Made by a program: the position numbers and the translations under genes. The notes under the pieces were generated by a model. That model saw only the letters and a program-made list of their open reading frames with translations, did no database searches and was not told the DNA's origin. A DNA stretch of 64,000 bases from Lentisphaeria bacterium (GTDB lineage Bacteria; Verrucomicrobiota; Lentisphaeria; Victivallales; UBA1829): positions 4,133 through 68,132 of the forward strand of contig JAFVSW010000079.1 in assembly GCA_017503545.1 (NCBI GenBank), written 5' to 3'. Each line of letters starts with the position of its first letter. Within the stretch, counting starts at the first letter, position 1. Positions 54,603 to 61,530 of this stretch are shown here, one piece after another.

Positions 54603-56108
54603 TCATTCTGCCGCCATTAATGCCATCTTCAATGCAGAGGCCGTGGAATAACGCAATTTATCACTGTCATCCAATGCCCCATCAATCACAGCAGCAAGCG
54701 CAGGTGTCAATTCCGGGTGTTTCCCTGCAATGGATAGCGGCGGCTTTTCAAAAGCGCGCATGGTTTTATCCCCGGTGAAATTACGCGGCGGGGTCCCCGT
54801 CAGCATGTAATACAAAACCGCGGCGGCTGCCCATACATCCACTTCCGGACGGGCGTATTTGTAATTGATCAATTGTTGTTTGCAGATGAAACCGAACGTG
54901 CCGGAAAAATCTCCGGTCTGTGTATTCCCGCTGAGCCCTGCCAGTTCAAATGCTTTTGCCAAACCGAAATCAGAAATCTTGGCTTCCGGAATATTTTCAC
55001 TGACAGAAATAAAGATATTACGCGGGGTAATATCCCGATGGACCAGCCCTGTTACCTGGTGTTCCCTGTCATCCAGTTCGGATATTTGTGTAAAATGTAA
55101 ATGGTGAATATAATCCAATCCATCCAGAATCTGATAGGTCAGATCAAGTGCAGTCCGCAGTTCCAATGTGCCGCCATGCAGTTCCATCCAATTCCGCAGT
55201 GTTCCGCCGGAACAATATTCCTGAATCAGAAAATGTGCTTCGTCATTTTTTTGAAAATCTTTCCATCCGATGATGTTCGGATGCTGCATACGCTTCAGAT
55301 TTTCCACCTCACGCAGAAAATCCGTGCGGCAATCTTCAAAGGACGCTATGTCCGGACGCAATACTTTGATCGCCACTTTTTCCAGCGTTTCCGTGTTCTG
55401 CCCCAGGTAAACATCTCCCATACCTCCTTTGCCTAAATGACGCAGAGTGCGGTAGCCCGGAATGGAAAACAGATTGGATGCCGTTTGATTATTTTCCGGC
55501 AATTTATGAGTCCTGTTCGGATCTGCATTCCGTAAACGACAGTCATTACACAAAAATCCGCCCGGCGGCGGTGCATTCTTATCCGGCGGAAATAAAATAT
55601 TTATTCCGCAAACAGCACAGGTTCGCATGGGCAATGTTTTGGATGACGGTAAAACCGGTGACCGCATACCGATGGAAAGACATTCCATACAAATCCGGTA
55701 TCCGGATACCGGATCCACCGGCGTACTGTCCGGAAGAACTTTATGGCAGACATGACATTTCAACGGCTGTACCAGACTGACCCGGAACACATTGAATCCG
55801 ATACGGATTGTATCATTATCTGATAATTCATAAAACGGCAGTTCTTTGCCTTCTGCCATTTTTGCATTCCCGATTTCATGTTCATTAAGAAACGTTCCGT
55901 TTTTGCTGCCGAGATCCCGGATCATTGCACGCGGCGGTTGAATATCCAGCAGACAGTGACAGCGTGAGATTCCCTCCGCCGCCTCTCCCTGCAGCTGAAT
56001 ATTACAGTTCGGTGCTCTGCCGATAAAACAAAGCATCCGGCTGTCGAAACGGTATCGGGTACCGGTATACGCACCTTCTATAACACTCAGAATGATTTTG
56101 CCTGCCAT
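54603..56108 (-). CDS. Soluble FHA domain - double zinc ribbon - Hanks-type protein kinase fusion
   Basis: FHA: GRAPNCNIQL...ISRCHCLLD...IRDLGSKNGTFLN. CxxC pairs: CHVCHK...CMEC and CAVCG...CNDC. Kinase: LGKGGMGDVYLG, VAIKVL, HRDITPRN and SDFGLAK. No TM segment. Confidence 0.85.
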   Translation of the reverse strand: MAGKIILSVIEGAYTGTRYRFDSRMLCFIGRAPNCNIQLQGEAAEGISRCHCLLDIQPPRAMIRDLGSKNGTFLNEHEIGNAKMAEGKELPFYELSDNDTIRIGFNVFRVSLVQPLKCHVCHKVLPDSTPVDPVSGYRICMECLSIGMRSPVLPSSKTLPMRTCAVCGINILFPPDKNAPPPGGFLCNDCRLRNADPNRTHKLPENNQTASNLFSIPGYRTLRHLGKGGMGDVYLGQNTETLEKVAIKVLRPDIASFEDCRTDFLREVENLKRMQHPNIIGWKDFQKNDEAHFLIQEYCSGGTLRNWMELHGGTLELRTALDLTYQILDGLDYIHHLHFTQISELDDREHQVTGLVHRDITPRNIFISVSENIPEAKISDFGLAKAFELAGLSGNTQTGDFSGTFGFICKQQLINYKYARPEVDVWAAAAVLYYMLTGTPPRNFTGDKTMRAFEKPPLSIAGKHPELTPALAAVIDGALDDSDKLRYSTASALKMALMAAE

Positions 56109-56138
56109 GATTTTACTCCGGAATTGAACTGCATTGTA

Positions 56139-56166
56139 AATATATCACACAACCCCATAATTTCAA
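56139..56166 (-). promoter_or_regulatory. Sigma70-like promoter TTGAAA-16 nt-TATATT for the FHA-kinase gene
   Basis: On the minus strand, -35 is at 56166-56161 and -10 at 56144-56139. GGAG Shine-Dalgarno lies before the ATG at 56108. The promoter sits 2 nt downstream (minus sense) of 44-bp repeat copy 1. Confidence 0.45.
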
Positions 56167-56168
56167 CC

Positions 56169-56212
56169 GGAAGAAACAAATGTTTTCCGGAAAAGAAGGT
56201 TCAAATGTTATA
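56169..56212. repeat. 44-bp direct repeat, copy 1 (contains the 12-bp palindrome TTTTCCGGAAAA)
   Basis: ggaagaaacaaatgttttccggaaaagaaggttcaaatgttata is identical to 56444-56487. Confidence 0.9.
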
Positions 56213-56443
56213 TCCTGCACTTTCCCGGAAAATCTTTTTTTGTGTAAATTATGAAGTTAAAGGTTGAAATTTACACATACTGCGCTTCTTCGGCGGTTTG
56301 TTCCATAAAATCAACACTGCCGATTCCATTGTATAACTTTCCGTCCGTTTCTACCGAAACGCTGACAACGCAAAGGCTGTCATAATGAGAGTTTTTATGT
56401 GACATTCCCGACAATATGCCATTGGAACGGTATATTGTCACCT

Positions 56444-56487
56444 GGAAGAAACAAATGTTTTCCGGAAAAGAAGGTTCAAATGTTATA
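56444..56487. repeat. 44-bp direct repeat, copy 2
   Basis: Perfect copy of 56169-56212. Lies 22 nt beyond the stop of the DUF4143 ATPase gene. Confidence 0.9.
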
Positions 56488-56509
56488 CTCGGCAATATGG
56501 CGGCGTATA

Positions 56510-57862
56510 TTACAACATGGGAGTCATATAAAGCGGCAAGCAGGTAAAACCATCTTTTTCCATAACATCACCATTATGAAGCAAAAAAGGCTTATTCAAT
56601 TGCTGATCATACTTTTTGCAAAATTTTTTCAAAGAGGAAAATGTATAATTTTTGCCGGATTTCACTTCCAATGGAGAAATATTATGCCGACTTGTGATTT
56701 TATTTTTGGCAATCAGAAAATCAATTTCCATATTATTTTCAGAATTTTCACGGTCAGATTTGGAATAGAAATAAAGTTTATGACCTGCGGCAACCAGCAT
56801 TTGTGCAACCATATTTTCAATGATCATGCCTTCATTGAATTCTAAAGTTCCGAACAGCAGTTTTTGATAAATTTCTTCACTTGTCATACTGCGTTCATCA
56901 AAAGCATGGCTGATTAAAAGTCCGGTATCAGCCATATAACATTTTATCGTGGTTCTATCCATATTCATTTTCAAACCGATCGAGGGTTCAGTTGAATTAT
57001 ATGCCGGATTTATGATCATTGCGTCATCAAGCCAGAACATAGCATCTTCATAATCTCTGAATCGGGCTTTTTTATCTAATGATGCCAGCCGGAACGTTTT
57101 TTCATGACGTTGAAGCTGCGATGGAATCTCATCAAAAATGGCTTCCACTTTCCGTTCATATCCTTTGGCATGTTTGATGATATCAGAACGGTAAAGAGTC
57201 AGAATATCTCTTTTAACAGTATCAACTTTGATAAAATCATGTTCCTTGACATATTCATTTATTGCCTGCGGCATACCGCCGATCAGCAGATATTGCCGGA
57301 AATAATCCATAGCTTTCCGGTGCATTGCCTGTCCCAACGGTTTTTGTGCAAGAAAACATTTCCGGATCAAAGGAAACAATGTTTCGTTGCCGATTGCCCA
57401 TAAGAATTCCTCAAAATCAAAGGGATACATGGATAGATGCCGTTCTTCGGAAGGTATCACAATGCCATCTGCATTGGCTTTGATCGACATTAAAGACCCT
57501 GTTTCAATAAAATGATATCGTCCATCTGCCACCAGATATTTGATTGCAGCTCTGGCTTTCGGATATAATTGGATCTCATCAAAAACAATCAAAGACTTTC
57601 CCGGAATCAGGCGGGTATTGAAATATGCGCTCAAATAGGAAAAAAATGTATCCAAATCATTCAGATAATTTTCAAAAAGCGTTTTTACATCGTCCGTTAT
57701 CCGGTTGAAGTCTATCAAAATGTAAGAATCATATTCTTTTTTTGCAAATTCCTCAACAATATAACTTTTTCCAACACGTCTTGCTCCATCAATCAAAAGA
57801 GCTGTTCTGTGAGCATCATTTTTTTTCCAGATCAGAAGTTTTTCATAAATTTTCCGTTTCAT
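56510..57862 (-). CDS. AAA-family ATP-binding protein with DUF4143-type C-terminal domain (AAA_14/DUF4143 family)
   Basis: MKRKIYEKLLIWKKNDAHRTALLIDGARRVGKSYIV (Walker A) and LIVFDEIQ (Walker B). The C-terminal part resembles DUF4143 (EIDFLI...SPLEVKSG). The gene is conspicuously AT-rich. Confidence 0.8.
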   Translation of the reverse strand: MKRKIYEKLLIWKKNDAHRTALLIDGARRVGKSYIVEEFAKKEYDSYILIDFNRITDDVKTLFENYLNDLDTFFSYLSAYFNTRLIPGKSLIVFDEIQLYPKARAAIKYLVADGRYHFIETGSLMSIKANADGIVIPSEERHLSMYPFDFEEFLWAIGNETLFPLIRKCFLAQKPLGQAMHRKAMDYFRQYLLIGGMPQAINEYVKEHDFIKVDTVKRDILTLYRSDIIKHAKGYERKVEAIFDEIPSQLQRHEKTFRLASLDKKARFRDYEDAMFWLDDAMIINPAYNSTEPSIGLKMNMDRTTIKCYMADTGLLISHAFDERSMTSEEIYQKLLFGTLEFNEGMIIENMVAQMLVAAGHKLYFYSKSDRENSENNMEIDFLIAKNKITSRHNISPLEVKSGKNYTFSSLKKFCKKYDQQLNKPFLLHNGDVMEKDGFTCLPLYMTPML

Positions 57863-57912
57863 GCCAATCCTCATTGTTATCTCTAGAATAAACTCATTTT
57901 TCTATAATATTG

Positions 57913-58110
57913 CACGTTTTCAGGATTTTTCAAGTGCTGTTTTTCCACGTTTTCAAGATTTTTTTAGGGGTGAAAATACACGTTTTCAGGATTTTTCAAG
58001 TGCTGTTTTTTCACGTTTTCAAGATTTTTTTAGAGGTGAAAATACACGTTTTCAAGATTTTTTAAGTGCATGATTCCCACGTTTTCAAGATTATTACCCT
58101 CTGAATGTGC
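57913..58110. repeat. Six-copy tandem array with an exact 33-bp period (66-bp higher-order unit); core CACGTTTTCARGATT
   Basis: Core starts at 57913, 57946, 57979, 58012, 58045 and 58078. Odd and even copies carry alternating spacers (..tttcaagtgctgttttt. versus ..tttttagRggtgaaaata). The sixth copy decays after about 17 nt. Confidence 0.9.
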
Positions 58111-58245
58111 TTGAGGACACCTCTATTTCTTGATTCCGGCGAATTTTCGTTTTTGGCAAAGTCCAATTTGTAAGATTTGCCTATCCATAGAAAATTCATC
58201 CGTCTGAATAAATAGAGATACCCCTTAAAAACTATGAAATTTTAC

Positions 58246-58274
58246 TTGACTTTATATTTCTTATATGATATATT
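58246..58274 (+). promoter_or_regulatory. Sigma70-like promoter TTGACT-17 nt-TATATT for the SDR/flavoprotein operon
   Basis: -35 at 58246-58251 and -10 at 58269-58274. AATGGAG Shine-Dalgarno lies before the ATG at 58318. Confidence 0.5.
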
Positions 58275-58317
58275 ATCACATAAATTTTATCTTTTAAGAA
58301 ATGGAGTATCACAAATC

Positions 58318-59088
58318 ATGGATGCAAGTAATGTATTGGTGACCGGCGGCACGCGTGGTATCGGTGCCGGAATCGTGAAAGAATTGGCAGCACAAGGACA
58401 CAATGTCGGATTCTGCGGCAGAGCAGCACAAGATGCCGCTGTGGATGCGTTCCTCGCCGATCTGCGCAGCAATTACAACGGTAAATTTGCGTATTTCCAA
58501 TGCGATGTTTCCAAGGCGGATGAACGGGAAAAAATGCTCGATGACTTTATTGCCACTTTCGGATCGTTGGATGTGTTGGTCAATAATGCTGGTGTCGCTC
58601 CCGATGTTCGTGCCGACCTCCTGGATATGGGCGAACCGAGTTTCGACCGTGTATTGAATATCAACCTGAAAGGTCCCTTCTTTCTGACGCAGGCGGCGGC
58701 AAAGCGTATGATTGCCAACAAGAACGGGAAATTTCAATGCATCATCAATACGGGCAGTGTTTCTGCGGATTATGCCAGTATCAACCGTGGCGAATATTGT
58801 CTTTCCAAGGCCGGTGTGGCGATGGCGACCAAATTGTTTGCGGTCCGCCTTGCCGATGAAGGAATTTGTGTTTATGAATTGCGCCCGGGGATCATTAAGA
58901 GCGATATGACAAGTGTCGTAACGGCAAAGTATGACAAGATGATTGCGGAAGGTTTGACTCTTCAGAAACGTTGGGGTATGCCGGATGATGTGGGCAGAGC
59001 TGTTACCATGCTGGTCAATGGCAGTTTACGTTATTCCACGGGGCAGGTCATCAACATAGATGGCGGACTTGTGATTGAAAGATTCTGA
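58318..59088 (+). CDS. Short-chain dehydrogenase/reductase (SDR) family oxidoreductase
   Basis: VLVTGGTRGIGAGI (TGxxxGxG), NNAG and Y..SK (YCLSKAG). The ATG at 58318 has a Shine-Dalgarno; the ORF-track start at 58234 lies in the promoter region. Confidence 0.85.
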   Translation: MDASNVLVTGGTRGIGAGIVKELAAQGHNVGFCGRAAQDAAVDAFLADLRSNYNGKFAYFQCDVSKADEREKMLDDFIATFGSLDVLVNNAGVAPDVRADLLDMGEPSFDRVLNINLKGPFFLTQAAAKRMIANKNGKFQCIINTGSVSADYASINRGEYCLSKAGVAMATKLFAVRLADEGICVYELRPGIIKSDMTSVVTAKYDKMIAEGLTLQKRWGMPDDVGRAVTMLVNGSLRYSTGQVINIDGGLVIERF

Positions 59089-59090
59089 AT

Positions 59091-61010
59091 ATGAAAAAGT
59101 ATAATACTTTGGTTATCGGCAGTGGTGCATCCGGGCTTGCGGCAGCGGTCCGTCTGGATGCGTTGGGGGTGAAGGATGTTGCCATTTATACGGAAGGCCT
59201 CGGCATGGGGACTTCCATCAATACGGGCAGCGATAAGCAGACTTATTACAAGCTCGGTATGTACGGCAAAGAGGGGGACAGTCCGGTAATGATGGCACGG
59301 GATCTTTCTGCCGGAGGTTCCATGCATGGGGATATTGCACTGGTGGAAGCCGCCATGTCGCCATTGGGATTTCATCATCTTGTGACGCTCGGCGTACCGT
59401 TTCCCCACGATCCGCTGGGGCAATATATCGGTTATAAGACGGATCATGACCCGAAACGGCGTGCGACAAGTTGCGGTCCGTATACATCCCGTGATATGTG
59501 TGTGGCGTTGATTAAAGAAGTCAAACGCAGAAACATTTCAGTCATGGAAAAACGGATTGCGGTCAAATTGCTTACAGACGATGGAAAAGTCCGTGTATGC
59601 GGTGCCATTTTCATCAATCGGGAAACCGGGGAAATGGAATGTGTGCAAGCGGAAAATATTGTATTTGCGGTTGGCGGGCCCGGCGGTTTGTATAAGACCA
59701 GTGTTTATCCGGCGGTTCATACCGGAGCCATTGGATTGGGGATCGAAGCGGGTGCAAAGGGTTGTAATCTTGCGGAATCCCAGTTTGGTTTGGCATCCAT
59801 CAAATTCCGCTGGAACGTATCCGGCAGTTATATGCAGGTTTTGCCCCGGTTTATTTCCACGGATGCCGAGGGAAACGATGCGAAAGAATTTCTCCGGGAA
59901 TATTTTGATACAACAGAAGATATGCTCAATGTAGTCTTCCTCAAAGGCTATCAATGGCCGTTTGCGGCGGGGCATGTACCCGGTTCATCCTTGATCGATA
60001 TTTTTACGTATATCGAAACGGAACAGCGTCACCGCCGGGTATTTCTGGATTACCGTACCGATCCGGAAGGTTTGGATTTTTCCAAACTCAATGCAGAAAC
60101 AAAAGAATATCTGGAACGGTCCGGTATTCTGTGCGATACCCCGTTGAAACGGTTGGAGATCCTGAACAGTCCGGCAATCGAATTGTATCGCCGGAACGGG
60201 ATTGATCTGGCGACAGAAATGTTGGAAATTGCGGTATGCGCCCAGCATAATAACGGCGGTCTTGCCGGTAATATCTGGTGGGAATCCATCAATCTGAAAC
60301 ACTTGTTCCCCGTGGGGGAAGTCAATGGCACGCACGGTGTGACCCGGCCCGGCGGATCTGCGCTCAATTCAGGGCAGGCGGGCGCATTCCGTGCATCAGA
60401 ATACATTGCCTCTAAATACCAGGCTGATACGATGGATGCCGCTGCTTTTGCCGCCATTGCAGAGCGGGAAATGGCGGTTCTTCAACTGTTGCAGCAGCAG
60501 CCGGCAAATTGTGACTGGCGTGCGGAACGGGCAGAATTTCAGCAGCGAATGAGTGAATCCGGCTCCTTTATCCGGTCTGCGGATAAGGTCACGGAGGCTC
60601 TTGACGGTGCCCACAAACAATGGCAAAGATTGTATACCGACGGTTTGGGCGGGCTTGCGCCGGAAGATTTAACGGAAGCCTTGCGAAATCGTCAGTTGTG
60701 TCTTGCCCATGTGTTTTATCTGGAATGTATTTTGATGCAGATTGACTATATTGGATCCCGCGGCGGCTCTCTGGTTCTTGCGCCCGATGGCAAAGAAATT
60801 TATGAAAAACTTTCCGATCCGTTCTGGCGGATGAAAGAAGAAAATACCCCTTATCGCCGCATGATGATGCTGTGCGGATTCGGCGGGAACGGCTATCCGG
60901 AAATTTATTGGGATGTGTGCCGGGATGTGCCGGATCCCGATGGCTGGTTTGAAACAGTCTGGAGCGATTACCGGTCGAAAAAGATTTATGATGATGAGGC
61001 AAAGGCATGA
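59091..61010 (+). CDS. FAD-binding oxidoreductase, fumarate reductase/succinate dehydrogenase/aspartate oxidase flavoprotein-like
   Basis: N-terminal dinucleotide fold YNTLVIGSGASGLAAAVRL. Later FAVGGPGG and GEVNGTHGVTRPGGSALNSGQ, typical of the FAD_binding_2 family. Starts 2 nt after the SDR stop. Confidence 0.6.
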   Translation: MKKYNTLVIGSGASGLAAAVRLDALGVKDVAIYTEGLGMGTSINTGSDKQTYYKLGMYGKEGDSPVMMARDLSAGGSMHGDIALVEAAMSPLGFHHLVTLGVPFPHDPLGQYIGYKTDHDPKRRATSCGPYTSRDMCVALIKEVKRRNISVMEKRIAVKLLTDDGKVRVCGAIFINRETGEMECVQAENIVFAVGGPGGLYKTSVYPAVHTGAIGLGIEAGAKGCNLAESQFGLASIKFRWNVSGSYMQVLPRFISTDAEGNDAKEFLREYFDTTEDMLNVVFLKGYQWPFAAGHVPGSSLIDIFTYIETEQRHRRVFLDYRTDPEGLDFSKLNAETKEYLERSGILCDTPLKRLEILNSPAIELYRRNGIDLATEMLEIAVCAQHNNGGLAGNIWWESINLKHLFPVGEVNGTHGVTRPGGSALNSGQAGAFRASEYIASKYQADTMDAAAFAAIAEREMAVLQLLQQQPANCDWRAERAEFQQRMSESGSFIRSADKVTEALDGAHKQWQRLYTDGLGGLAPEDLTEALRNRQLCLAHVFYLECILMQIDYIGSRGGSLVLAPDGKEIYEKLSDPFWRMKEENTPYRRMMMLCGFGGNGYPEIYWDVCRDVPDPDGWFETVWSDYRSKKIYDDEAKA

Positions 61011-61528
61011 TCTGTGATTTTTCTATTTTACGGGAATTACGGAAACAGCATGGCATGAGCATTGCAGAATTATCGGAAAAATGCGGTGTTTCTTCCAGTA
61101 TTATTTCCAAACTGGAACGGAATCAGAATGTGTGCGAAATGGAAACTCTGTTCCGGATTGCCCGCAGTTTCGGCTTGACTCTTTCCGATTTTATTTCTCT
61201 TGCAGAAAAACGCACCTCCCATTTGGTCACAGCGGAACAATATCAATCCGGCGATTTCATGTTCGACCGGGTGGATTACGGGAATTTGCGGACGATGCAC
61301 GCGGTTGCCCCGGCGGGCGCAAAACTTTCCAGTCCGGAATTGCATCGGGACGATTATGAATTGTGTTGGGTATTGAAAGGCAAAATGCGTTTTTCCCTGC
61401 CCGGCGAAAGTTACGAATTGAACAGTGGCGACTCCATTCAATTTGACGCATTGCTCCATCATGATTATGAAGCATTGGAAGAAAGTGAAATCATTATTAT
61501 CCATTTGAAGAAAGGAAAACGGTTCTGA
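61007..61528 (+). CDS. XRE-family HTH + cupin domain transcriptional regulator
   Basis: HTH LRELRKQHGMSIAELSEKCGVSSSIISKLERNQ. C-terminal cupin-like barrel (HRDDYELCWVLKGKMRF...GDSIQFDALLHH). Overlaps the upstream stop by 4 nt. Confidence 0.85.
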   Translation: MICDFSILRELRKQHGMSIAELSEKCGVSSSIISKLERNQNVCEMETLFRIARSFGLTLSDFISLAEKRTSHLVTAEQYQSGDFMFDRVDYGNLRTMHAVAPAGAKLSSPELHRDDYELCWVLKGKMRFSLPGESYELNSGDSIQFDALLHHDYEALEESEIIIIHLKKGKRF

Positions 61529-61530
61529 AT

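Noticed and set aside
56271-56495. 74-aa ORF as drawn by the ORF track between the kinase and ATPase genes
   Set aside because: Its first 30 codons are the translation of 44-bp repeat copy 2 and promoter-like DNA. Only the internal 44-codon version (56405-56271) is retained, and only as a hypothesis in the findings; it is not listed as a feature.
56399-56845. 148-aa plus-strand ORF overlapping the 3' end of the DUF4143 ATPase gene
   Set aside because: It is an antisense shadow ORF in AT-rich DNA. It has no start context, and the ATPase homology on the minus strand explains the region.
57861-58073. 70-aa ORF with RFQDF(S/F)... repeats
   Set aside because: It is merely the translation of the 33-bp tandem array. 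It has no Shine-Dalgarno, overlaps the divergent promoter region and has an implausible composition.
57913-58110. Possible CRISPR array
   Set aside because: The total period is only 33 bp, with a 15-19-nt conserved core and 14-18-nt spacers that are themselves repeated in alternation. There are no cas genes and no unique spacers.
49610-58230. Whether the AT-richer block is a prophage, an ICE or a transposon
   Set aside because: No integrase, transposase, recombinase, capsid, tail or conjugation genes are present, and no terminal inverted repeats were found. It is therefore described only as an accessory block of unknown origin.
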